Of a stretch of DNA of 64,000 bases, positions 25,116 to 37,062 are shown in pieces. Every line of letters starts with the position of its first letter. Position 1 is the first letter of the stretch. Where the stretch lies: the NCBI GenBank assembly GCA_002269645.1, contig NIVC01000909.1, positions 1-64,000 on the forward strand, read 5' to 3'. A model generated the notes under the pieces. That model ran no database searches. It saw only the letters and a program-made list of their open reading frames with translations, and was not told where the DNA came from. This DNA is from Macrostomum lignano (lineage: Eukaryota). The position numbers and the translations under genes are program-made.

Positions 25116-26451
25116 TATATGTACAGCAGTAGTATCAATTGACAGTACTTCTGTTCTGTTCTAATATACATTTTTCTACAATGTACTTATTTGACAATGT
25201 AATATTAGGGCCTATATTTAAGTTTATCATAGGCTTATGTGTTTTTACTAAGCCTTCAGCCTATACTAGGCCCTATGTATGACAATGCCTTAGTTTCTCA
25301 CATTAAATTATTTTGACCTAATTTTTGTTATTTTTAGTGTAAATCATGGCTAGAGACAACCTTGAGCATCTGTTAATATTGTATCTTTACAATTGATGCT
25401 GAGTCAACTATATGTTGGCTAGCAACTTATCAATATCATCGAATAGTAACAACTTCTTCAGCAATTTTCTATACTGGTTAACATATTACTAGGCCCTATG
25501 CTATAGGCCCTATTATATAATATTCTTTTTTAAGACTTAACACTCATTTTAAATCTTTAATAAACTTGTTTTTGTTTGTTTGTTTCAAATTTTGGGTCAA
25601 AATAATTTAATGCAAGAAACTAGGACATTGCTTTATATACTATTAATGAAAGAAAAATATGGGAGTTGGTCTAATAGACAGCTTAGCTTATATAGGTGTT
25701 ATTGAAGCCTTGGTTAGATCAATAATTTAGATAGATTGTTGCCAAATTTGCTTTTACTAAATTTGTTTATATAAAATTTCTAATGGCAAATTTGCATGTA
25801 TCCATTATTATACATCTATAATACATCTTTGAGCTAGTTTTTTGTGCACAAAATATGTGTAAGCCTATTCCAAATTCTAAAATTATACTTTGAAAGTAAA
25901 AAATTTTTGCCTAAAGGCAGTATTAACCTATTTTTTCTTTTAATCTCAATCTTTCTTTTAATAAGAGAAATTTCTCTTTGAGCCTTAAAATTGCCCATTA
26001 AAATTGGTTACAAGGTACAATTTTTGCTACCTTTAAATTCAATTATAATGAAAATTTATTATTCATATATTGACTAAAACCATTATACTAGAAAAATCCA
26101 ATAAGGTTATGCTTAATTTTTTTCCTTTATTACCATTATATTGACTAGACTCCAAATTCCAAATTTGCTTTTGCCAGATTTGTTTTTCTTGATTAATCTC
26201 TATCACTAGTATTAGTTTCACCAAATTTGTTTATCGCTAAATTGCATTGATCACTACCCTATTTACTTTATGTTCTAACCTATTTAATTTAATTTTAGAA
26301 GCCTAATTGTTGTATTGAATTAGCCTACAATGTAATATTTATATTCTTATTATTCATATCATCTTAAGTCAATGGGTTTGGGTACTCAAGCAACAAATAT
26401 TTTTTACTCTATATATGCATATTGTATAGAGAGCATAATGGAAGCTAAAAT

Positions 26452-26734
26452 CATACATGCACAATAGTCAGTCAAGTTGGCCAATCTGGCAGCCAACCAA
26501 GGTAAGTTGCAAAAATGACCACCCAAGTAAATACCTAAGTAGTACTAAGTAGATAATGAGGCATTTTGACCTAATAAGACAGTCGTTACTCTTGCTATTT
26601 ACCCAAAGTTGCGTTAATTTTGCTTTAGGGTTTCTGTTATATGTATATTGCATTTTTGGCCAAAAACTATGTCACATTTTTTGTGTTAAAACTAAGTTGC
26701 ATGGCCAACTGAACTTTCAAGGTTGTGCATTGTG
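26452..26734. mobile_element. Degenerate copy of the hAT-type MITE
   Basis: Colinear with 10877-11179 (agtagtactaagtag, gaggcattttgac.taataagacagtc, gcatttttggccaaaaacta). The TIRs are decayed and no TSD is left. Confidence 0.8.
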
Positions 26735-27218
26735 CAAGGTTGGGCTAAAATTAAGATAATTATTTTCACTTCTAATGCAAAGGGCCTAGGGAAGCTTTGT
26801 GTGTCCCTAGGGTCATTGACTCGAGCAATAGGGATTTCTAAATGCATGTATGGCGTGGCATTGTGTGGTTAGGGTTTCTGTGGTCTAAAGTTAAGATAAA
26901 TGCAGATTATAGCCATTCTTGTACAATAAATCACTGAGACAGGTTAAGCTATTGACGTCACTTTTTCAATACTATATTATTGTTGTGTTTGGCATCATTC
27001 AACAGTATGTTTTTTATTTAGATATGGATATAAAACGTTTTGGTAATAGCAGAACTCTAGCAATCACCCAAAAGCAGTCTCTAACAAACTTCTATGAGTG
27101 CTAAATATTTTAGTTTGCAGATTTAAGTAGAGTTGTTGCAATATGATCCATTGCTGCATTGCTGTGATTACCATTTTTATAATGTAAATCAAACACTTTA
27201 CTTATTCTGCCAAGTAAA

Positions 27219-29486
27219 ATGTCTCGCCGAATAGACTTTTACTATGACATTGTGTCGCCATACACCTATCTGGGCTTCGAGGTGCTCTGTCGACATCGTT
27301 CAGTATGGAATTTAGCCATTCATTTTCGTCCATTTTTTCTTGGCGGCATAATGAAAGGAGCCAATAATAGGCCCCGGCTACAGTGCCACTGAAAGGCGAG
27401 CACATGATGCAATGCGACTTGCCTAGATTGGCTAAACACTACAGCGTGCCATTGGTTATGAATGACAGAGTTGTAGAGATTATGTTCAATACTGGAACTT
27501 TGTCAACCATGCGATTCTTGACTGCTCTGCAGCAGAAACAGCCTGACGCTGTTGAACCGGTAAGTAATTGTTCTGACAGCTACTGTCTGCTTTGAGGGAG
27601 AGTGGCGCCATCTACTGCAGGGTTTTGTGGGTCTGATTTGAGGGAGAGTGGCGCCAGCTACTGCAGGGTTCTGTGGGGCTGCTTTGAGGGAGAGTGGCGC
27701 CATCTACTGCAGGGTTCTGTGGGGCTGCTTTGAGGGAGAGTGGCGCCATCTACTGCAGGGTTCTGTGGGGCTGCTTTGAGGGAGAGTGGCGCCATTTACT
27801 GCAGGGTTCTGTGGGGCTGCTTTGAGGGAGAGTGGCGCCATCTACTGCAGGGTTCTGTGGGGCTGCTTTGAGGGAGAGTGGCGCCATCTACTGCAGGGTT
27901 CTGTGGGGCTGCTTTGAGGGAGAGTGGCGCCATCTACTGCAGGGTTCTGTGGGGCTGCTTTGAGGGAGAGTGGCGCCATCTACTGCAGGGTTCTGTGGGG
28001 CTGCTTTGAGGGAGAGTGGCGCCATCTACTGCAGGGTTCTGTGGGTCTGATTTGAGGGAGAGCGGCGTTATCTAGATAGTAGACTTTCTCTTCGAGTACC
28101 GAGCAGGGGATGACTAATGCTTATTTTCGAACTGTCACCAGGTGAGCCGTCAGCTGTTCTACCGTCTGTTCAGCAGCCACCAGGACGTCGCTCAGCCCGA
28201 CAGTCTGAGGGCGGCAGCAGAGGCCGCGGGTTTGTCAGCCGACGTGACCGCCGCCGCCCTGACCGACATGTTGAGCGACGAAGTGAAGAGCCGGCTTAAA
28301 TCCGTGACAGATGAGGCAGTGAAGCTGGGAGCTTTCGGATCGCCAACCTTCATTGTGCACACAGAGGACGGAAGGCAGGAGATGGTGTTCGGGTCTGACC
28401 GGTTTCACATCATCGGGGACCTTCTGGGTGAGTTTGTGTGTGAAACATCTCATTTTTGTTTTACTTTTGTAGATTTCCTCTCCTACATTGTCCCATGAGA
28501 TGTCTTAAAATAACCTTTTTTAGATTTCCTTCCAAAATTTCTCAAGGTTCACCGAACTTTTGATCAAAGATTTCTTAAAATTTCCCTCAGATTCTCTGCC
28601 GAGATTTCTTGAGATTCCCCTTTAAATTCTCTGCCGAGATTTCTTGAGACTCCCCCCTCAGATTCTCTGCCGAGATTTCTTGAGATTCCCCCTCAGATTC
28701 TTTGCCGAGATTTCTTGAGATTCCCCCTCAGATTCTTTGCCGAGATTTCTTGAGATTCCCCCCTCAGATTATTAAGATTCCCTCCTCAGATTCTTTGCCG
28801 AGATTTCTTGAGATTCCCCCTTAGATTCTCTGCCGAGATTTCTTGAGATTCCCCCTCAGATTCTTTGCCGAGATTTCTTGAGATTCTCCCTCAGATTCTT
28901 TGCCGAGATTTCTTGAGATTCCCCCCTCAGATTATTAAGATTCCCTCCTCAGATTCTTTGCCGAGATTTCTTGAGATTCCCCCCTCAGATTATTAAGATT
29001 CCCTCCTCAGATTCTTTGCCGAGATTTCTTGAGATTCCCCCCTCAGATTCTCTGCCAAGATTTCTTGAGATTCCCCCTCAGATTCTTTGCCGAGATTTCT
29101 TGAGATTCCCCCCTCAGATTCTTTGCCGAGATTTCTTGAGATTCCCCCTCAGATTATTAAGATTCCCTCCTCAGATTCTCTGCCGATACTTTATGAAATT
29201 CTCCCTCAGATTCTCTGCCGATATTTTTTGGGATTACCCCCCCCCTCAGATTTTCTGTCGAAACTTCTTGAGATTCCTTCTCCGTACGAAAGTTTTCTGT
29301 CCATATTTCTCATCCAGAACCGATTGAGGTTGCTCTAAACAATTGTAGTTACATCTCAAAATGAGTGTCCTTTTAGCCGTTGTCTTTTATCATAAATGGC
29401 AAAATAGGTGGCAATTCAACAGGTTTTGTATCTTAATTTCAGGTGTGGAATACAAAGGTCCACTAAAGCACTTGGCCAAACTGTAA
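27219..29486 (+). CDS. GSTK1: Glutathione S-transferase kappa, copy A (exons 27219-27559, 28142-28427, 29443-29486); 1-nt frameshift in exon 1
   Basis: Contains MSRRIDFYYDIVSPYTYLGFEVLCR, GAFGSPTF and MVFGSDRF, and ends in AKL (PTS1-type). Spliced length is 671 nt, one short of copy B; adding one C to the ggcccc run (~27371-27375) restores NRPPATVPLKG. Confidence 0.88.
27590..28070. repeat. 46-bp minisatellite in GSTK-A intron 1
   Basis: Unit TTGAGGGAGAGTGGCGCCATCTACTGCAGGGTTCTGTGGGGCTGCT, ~10 copies. Confidence 0.95.
28590..29290. repeat. ~35-bp minisatellite in GSTK-A intron 2
   Basis: Unit ~GCCGAGATTTCTTGAGATTCCCCCTCAGATTCTTT. Confidence 0.9.
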
Positions 29487-29905
29487 ACCTAACTTTATAT
29501 TTTATATACAATATACAAATTATTGCTGTTTTCAAATGAACTTATTGTTCAATTTGCCTCTGATTTAAAACCACCAATTAAACATTGCTTGATTGCGTTG
29601 CAGTTTTATTAAATGATTTATCACCGAATTTGTTACTGGAAACCGGCCAGCCGACAGAATTATGTACTTTTAACTATTACTATACATGTTGACTTCCTTT
29701 AGCTAGAGTTTATGTAGCTTTTATAAATTATTTTAATAAACCTAAAGTATACTGAGCATGGCATATATCTTTTTTGTCTTCGTGATTGATTCACGATTCA
29801 TTAATGATTCTTTTTACTTTTGATAATTTGTTTAGCATACTACTAAGACTGTTGGTAGGATTCAGCGTGTATTAATTAATTTAGGAATCAGGTTAAGGAT
29901 AAGAA

Positions 29906-30715
29906 CAGGGTTGCACGCCCACTAAAGAATCAGGAAAGAGGGTTGCACGCCCACTAAAGAATCAGGAAAGCGGGTTGCACGCCCACTAAAGAATCAGGAT
30001 AGAGGGTTGCACGCCCACTAAAGAATCAGGATAGAGGGTTGCATGCCCACTAAAGAATCAGGAAAGAGGGTTGCACGCCCACTAAAGAATCAGGAAAGAG
30101 GGTTGCACGCCCACTAAAGAATCAGAAAAGAGGGTTGCACGCTCACTAAAGAATCGAGATATAGGGTTGCACGCCCACTAAAGAATCGGGAAAGAGGGTT
30201 GCACGCCCACTAAAGAATCGGGAAAGAGGGTTGCACGCCCACTAAAGAATCGGGAAAGAGGGTTGCACGCCCACTAAAGAATCAGGAAAGAGGGTTGCAT
30301 GCCCACTAAAGAATCGGGATAGAGGGTTGCACGCCGACTAAAGAATCGGGAAAGAGGGTTGCACGCCCACTAAAGAATCGGGAAAGAGGGTTGCACGCCC
30401 ACTAAAGAATCGGGATAGAGGGTTGCACGCCGACTAAAGAATCGGGATAGAGGGTTGCACGCCGACTAAAGAATCGGGATAGAGGGTTGCACGCCCACTA
30501 AAGAATCGGGATAGAGGGTTGCACGCCCACTAAAGAATCGGGAAAGAGGGTTGCACGCCCACTAAAGAATCGGAAAAGAGGGTTGCACGCCCACTAAAGA
30601 ATCGGGTTAGAGGGTTGCACGCCCACTTAGAATCAGCAGAGAGGGTTGCACGCCCACTTAAGAATCAGCAGAGAGGGTTGCACGCTCACTAAAAAATCAG
30701 GATAGAGGGTTGCAA
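29906..30715. repeat. 32-bp minisatellite immediately upstream of GSTK-B
   Basis: Unit AGAGGGTTGCACGCCCACTAAAGAATCGGGAA, ~25 copies, ending ~65 nt before the ATG. Confidence 0.95.
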
Positions 30716-30779
30716 ATCATCACTAATGCTGACTGCGCATCGCCACCAATCACATCCACCTAATTCAGCCATAAGCGCA

Positions 30780-32734
30780 ATGTCTCGCCGCATAGACTTT
30801 TACTATGACATCCTGTCGCCTTACTCCTATCTGGGCTTCGAGGTTCTCTGCCGGCATCGTTCAGTATGGAATTTAGTTATTAACTTTCGACCATTTTTAC
30901 TTCGTGGTGTAATGCAAAGCACTGGCAACAGATCGCCGGGCAGTGTGCAGCTGAAAGCTGACTATATGCTTGGGCGCGACCTGCCCAGATTATCTAAGCA
31001 CTACAGAGTACCGCTGGTCATGAACGATAAAGTTGTGGAGAGAATGTTCAAAATTGGTACTATGTCAACTATGCAGTTTCTAACCGCTATGCAAAAGCGA
31101 CAACCTGATGCTGTTGAGGAGGTTAGTACTTGATTGAAATCAACTATCCTATAGTATTTAGTAACTCTCTAAGTAAGCAGCGGTGTGAGATTAAACCATA
31201 GACTATAGACTAAATAATAAAACTTTTAGTTAGTCTCTTGGCTGAGAGCTTAGTCAGCTGCTATTGGCTGAGAGAGCTTAGTCAGCTGCTATTGGCTGAG
31301 AGAGCTTAGTCAGCCGCTATTGGCTGAGAGCTTAGTCAGCCGCTATTGGCTGAGAGATCTTAGTCAGCTGCTATTGGCTGAGAGAGCTTAGTCACCCGCT
31401 ATTGCCTGAGACAGCTTAGTCAGCCGCTATTGGCTGAGAGAGCTTAGTCAGCCGCTATTGGCTGAGAGAGCTTAGTCAGCCGCTATTGGCTGAGAGAGCT
31501 TAGTCAGCCGCTATTGGCTAAGACCATAATCAACAACTTTTGGCTGAGAGCTTAGTCAGCCGGCTGATGAACTGTTACGTGATAATGCTCCATTGTAAAG
31601 ACCCTTACTAGGACGTGTTAGAAACGGTCAAATTATTCTGCTAATACCTATCAAACTGTCCCCAGGTTAGCCGTCAGCTGTTCTACCGTCTGTTCAGCAG
31701 CCACCAGGACGTCGCTCAGCCCGACAGTCTGAGGGCGGCAGCAGAGGCAGCGGGTTTGTCAGCCGACGTTACCGCCGCCGCCCTGACCGACATGTTGAGC
31801 GACGAAGTGAAGAGCCGGCTGAAAACCGTGACAGATGAGGCAGTGAAGCTGGGAGCTTTCGGATCGCCAACCTTCATTGTGCACACAGAGGACGGACGAC
31901 AGGAGATGGTGTTCGGGTCTGACCGGTTTCACATCATCGGGGACCTTCTGGGTGAGTTTGTGTGCAATTCTAGCAGCAATTTCTCTCCTACAAATTTCGA
32001 CTCAAAATATTTTTCCTAAACTCGTCTCACATTCTTCCTTTCAGAAACCTTTTTTAGTTTATCTCATTAGGAGAGTCCCTTTTTCTTAAAAACTTCTGAA
32101 AGGCCACTTTCTGGGATGATTTCCCTAAAATTTTCACTTTTAAAATCCCTTCAAAGTCCCAGTGTCTGAGAGTCCCAGTGTCTAAGAGTCCCAGTGTCTG
32201 AGAGTCCCAGTGCCTGAGAGTCCCAGTGTCTGAGAGTCCCAGTGTCTAAGAGTCCCAGTGTATGAGAGTCCCAGTGTCTGAAACTCCCAGTCTGAGATTT
32301 CCCTGAGCTCCCAGTGTCTGAGATTTCCCTGAGACTCCCAGCGTCTGAGATTTCCCTGAGACTCCCAGTGTCTGCGATTTCCCTGAGCTCCCAGGGTCTG
32401 GGATTTCCCTGAGACTCCCAGTGTCTGAGATTTCCCTGAGCTCCCAGTGTCTGCGATTTCCCTGAGACTCCCAGGATCTGAGATTTCCCTGAGCTCCCAG
32501 GGTCTGGGATTTCCCTGAGACTCCCAGTGTCTGAGATTTCCCTGAGCTCCCAGTGTCTGCGATTTCCCTGAGACTCCCAGGATCTGAGATTTCCCTGAGC
32601 TCCCAGGGTCTGGGATTTCCCTGAGACCCAGGATCTGAGATATAAACAATGCAACTATTGCAGGTATTTCATCTGTTGTTTCCATTTCAGGTGTTGAATA
32701 CAAAGGTCCACTGAGGCACCTAGCGAGACTCTGA
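30780..32734 (+). CDS. GSTK1: Glutathione S-transferase kappa, copy B (exons 30780-31121, 31666-31951, 32691-32734), 223 aa, intact
   Basis: Contains MSRRIDFYYDILSPYSYLGFEVLCR, GAFGSPTF and FGSDRF, and ends in ARL (PTS1). Spliced length is 672 nt, in frame. Confidence 0.93.
31235..31565. repeat. 28-bp minisatellite in GSTK-B intron 1
   Basis: Unit GCTATTGGCTGAGAGAGCTTAGTCAGCC. Confidence 0.9.
32155..32640. repeat. Minisatellite in GSTK-B intron 2
   Basis: Units GAGAGTCCCAGTGTCT and CTGAGATTTCCCTGAGACTCCCAGTGT. Confidence 0.9.
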
Positions 32735-33014
32735 GGCTACCGGTTCCTTTAATTCAATTTTTTTGCTTTTAGCGTTTAAATAAATAATTTTTAATGTACA
32801 ACGCTCTAGCCTGTACAAAAAATGGATTTCCTAATATTTGAAACTTTTTATACTCTTTGAAAATTGAATTTTCAATAAACAAAATTTTGCCTTATAAGCG
32901 GCTTCCATTCATGTATACAAGACTTTATTAAATGACTTAATTTTTTTCCATTCTGTATTTTTATTACTTAGTCAAGTAGTAAGGTCAAGACTGAGACAGA
33001 CAGGGCAGCCACTG

Positions 33015-36000
33015 AAGCAGGCAGGGCAGACACAGTCGCAGACAGGGCAGACACAGTTGCAGACAGGGCAGACACAGTTGCAGACAGGGCAGACACAGTC
33101 GCAGACAGGGCAGACACAGTCGCAGACGGGGCAGACACAGTTGCAGACAGGGCAGACACAGTTGCAGACAGGGCAGACACAGTTGCAGACAGGGCAGACA
33201 CAGTCGCAGACAGGGCAGACACAGTCGCAGACAGGGCAGACACAGTCGCAGACCAGGCAGACACAGTCGCAGACAGGGCAGACACAGTTGCAGACAGGAC
33301 AGACACAGTCGCAGACAGGGCAGACACAGTCGCAGACAGGGCAGACACAGTCGCAGACAGGGCAGACACAGTCGCAGACCAGGCAGACACAGTTGCAGAC
33401 AGGGCAGACACAGTTGCAGACAGGGCAGACACAGTTGCAGACAGGGCAGACACAGTTGCAGACAGGGCAGACACAGTCGCAGACAGGGCAGACACAGTCG
33501 CAGACAGGGCAGACACAGTTGCAGACAGGACAGACACAGTCGCAGACAGGGCAGACACAGTTGCAGACAGGACAGACACAGTCGCAGACAGGGCAGACAC
33601 AGTCGCAGACAGGGCAGACACAGTCGCAGACAGGGCAGACACAGTTGCAGACAGGGCAGACACAGTCGCAGACAGGGCAGACACAGTCGCAGACAGGGCA
33701 GACACAGTCGCAGACCAGGCAGACACAGTTGCAGACAGGGCAGACACAGTTGCAGACAGGGCAGACACAGTCGCAGACAGGGCAGACACAGTCGCAGACA
33801 GGGCAGACACAGTCGCAGACAGGGCAGACACAGTCGCAGACAGGGCAGACACAGTCGCAGACCAGGCAGACACAGTTGCAGACAGGGCAGACACAGTTGC
33901 AGACAGGGCAGACACAGTTGCAGACAGGGCAGACACAGTTGCAGACAGGGCAGACACAGTCGCAGACAGGGCAGACACAGTCGCAGACAGGGCAGACACA
34001 GTCGCAGACAGGGCAGACACAGTCGCAGACAGGGCAGACACAGTTGCAGACAGGACAGACACAGTCGCAGACAGGGCAGACACAGTCGCAGACAGGGCAG
34101 ACACAGTCGCAGACAGGGCAGACACAGTCGCAGACAGGGCAGACACAGTCGCAGACAGGGCAGACACAGTCGCAGACAGGGCAGACACAGTCGCAGACAG
34201 GGCAGACACAGTCGCAGACAGGGCAGACACAGTCGCAGACAGGGCAGACACAGTCGCAGACAGGGCAGACACAGTTGCAGACAGGACAGACACAGTCGCA
34301 GACAGGGCAGACACAGTCGCAGACAGGGCAGACACAGTCGCAGACAGGGCAGACACAGTCGCAGACAGGGCAGACACAGTCGCAGACAGGGCAGACACAG
34401 TCGCAGACAGGGCAGACACAGTCGCAGACCAGGCAGACACAGTTGCAGACAGGGCAGACACAGTCGCAGACAGGGCAGACACAGTCGCAGACAGGGCAGA
34501 CACAGTCGCAGACAGGGCAGACACAGTCGCAGACAGGGCAGACACAGTCGCAGACAGGGCAGACACAGTCGCAGACAGGGCAGACACAGTCGCAGACAGG
34601 GCAGACACAGTCGCAGACAGGGCAGACACAGTCGCAGACAGGGCGGACACAGTCGCAGACAGGGCAGACACAGTCGCAGACAGGGCAGACACAGTCGCAG
34701 ACAGGGCAGACACAGTCGCAGACAGGGCAGACACAGTCGCAGACAGGGCAGACACAGTTGCAGACAGGGCAGACACAGTCGCAGACAGGGCAGACACAGT
34801 CGCAGACAGGGCAGACACAGTCGCAGACAGGGCAGACACAGTTGCAGACAGGGCAGACACAGTCGCAGACAGGGCAGACACAGTCGCAGACAGGGCAGAC
34901 ACAGTCGCAGACCAGGCAGACACAGTTGCAGACAGGGCAGACACAGTTGCAGACAGGGCAGACACAGTCGCAGACAGGGCAGACACAGTCGCAGACAGGG
35001 CAGACACAGTCGCAGACAGGGCAGACACAGTCGCAGACAGGGCAGACACAGTCGCAGACCAGGCAGACACAGTTGCAGACAGGGCAGACACAGTTGCAGA
35101 CAGGGCAGACACAGTTGCAGACAGGGCAGACACAGTTGCAGACAGGGCAGACACAGTCGCAGACAGGGCAGACACAGTCGCAGACAGGGCAGACACAGTC
35201 GCAGACAGGGCAGACACAGTCGCAGACAGGGCAGACACAGTTGCAGACAGGACAGACACAGTCGCAGACAGGGCAGACACAGTCGCAGACAGGGCAGACA
35301 CAGTCGCAGACAGGGCAGACACAGTCGCAGACAGGGCAGACACAGTCGCAGACAGGGCAGACACAGTCGCAGACAGGGCAGACACAGTCGCAGACAGGGC
35401 AGACACAGTCGCAGACAGGGCAGACACAGTCGCAGACAGGGCAGACACAGTCGCAGACAGGGCAGACACAGTTGCAGACAGGACAGACACAGTCGCAGAC
35501 AGGGCAGACACAGTCGCAGACAGGGCAGACACAGTCGCAGACAGGGCAGACACAGTCGCAGACAGGGCAGACACAGTCGCAGACAGGGCAGACACAGTCG
35601 CAGACAGGGCAGACACAGTCGCAGACCAGGCAGACACAGTTGCAGACAGGGCAGACACAGTCGCAGACAGGGCAGACACAGTCGCAGACAGGGCAGACAC
35701 AGTCGCAGACAGGGCAGACACAGTCGCAGACAGGGCAGACACAGTCGCAGACAGGGCAGACACAGTCGCAGACAGGGCAGACACAGTCGCAGACAGGGCA
35801 GACACAGTCGCAGACAGGGCAGACACAGTCGCAGACAGGGCGGACACAGTCGCAGACAGGGCAGACACAGTCGCAGACAGGGCAGACACAGTCGCAGACA
35901 GGGCAGACACAGTCGCAGACAGGGCAGACACAGTCGCAGACAGGGCAGACACAGTTGCAGACAGGGCAGACACAGTCGCAGACAGGGCAGACACAGTTGC

Positions 36001-36085
36001 AGACAGGGCAGACACAGTTGCAGACAGGGCAGACACAGTCGCAGACAGGGCAGACACAGTTGCAGACAGGGCAGACACAGTCGCA
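33015..36085. repeat. ~3.07-kb 21-bp tandem array (CAGACAGGGCAGACACAGT[C/T]G)n, ~146 units
   Basis: Directly visible and highly homogeneous. The consensus unit has no stop codon in any frame. Confidence 0.97.
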
Positions 36086-36175
36086 GTCATCATAAAGAAG
36101 CCGAAGACCCAGTAGCTAAACGGTCCACTTCAGTCCCATTGAAGCAACACTCGCCCGCTATTCCTGTCTCGCCAG

Positions 36176-36723
36176 TCGTCCAGACCCGGCAGTCGGCAGT
36201 CTGTGGCGACACCCGAGCCCCAGTTGGCGGTCCAAGCAGCTCAACAACAGCAGGCACCGCCTCCGCCGCCGCCTCCGCCGCCGCTGCCACCACCGAACTC
36301 TTCCTCGGCCTGTTACTACCGCGGCGGCCCGCCGCCAAACGTCTCTATAGCTCCTAATCCGCATCACCAGCTGCCGCCGCCGCCTCATCATCATCATCAT
36401 CATCAATTGGGGCCGGCGCCGCCACCTCCCCATCCTCATCACCCTCACCAGCATCCCATGGGACCGCTGTATCATCAGCAGCATCCTCACCATCCCCATC
36501 ATCCTATGATGCGCCAGCCGCCGCCGCCTCCGCCTCTGCCGCAGAGTGGCGATCTGAGAATTCACGAGATCAACAGGCGACTGTCGCAGCGGCCCAGGGA
36601 CACCTCGATGATGTGGTGGGATGCCTTCGCTTGCGAGTTCTTTGACGATGCAGCCACTGTTCAGGTAATGATGATTTTGTCTTTGCTTAACCATGTGTCT
36701 TAGTGGCTGTCTGTCTCCCTGCC

Positions 36724-36760
<37 letters not shown>

Positions 36761-36771
36761 GCCCGCCCGCC

Positions 36772-36816
<45 letters not shown>

Positions 36817-36903
36817 GCCCGCCCGTCTGTCTGCCCGCCCGTCTGTCTGCCCGCCTGTCTGTCTGTTCGTCTGTCTGTCTTAGTGTCTGTCTGTCTGCCC
36901 GCC

Positions 36904-36940
<37 letters not shown>

Positions 36941-37015
36941 GCCTGCCCGCCTGTCTGTCTGTCTGTCTGTCTGTCTGTCTGCCTGCCCGCCTGTCTGTCT
37001 GTCTGCCCGCCCGCC

Positions 37016-37062
<47 letters not shown>

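Noticed and set aside
29906-30715. CRISPR-like appearance of 28-46-bp repeats here and elsewhere
   Set aside because: The units are head-to-tail with no unique spacers, and the context is eukaryotic with no cas genes.
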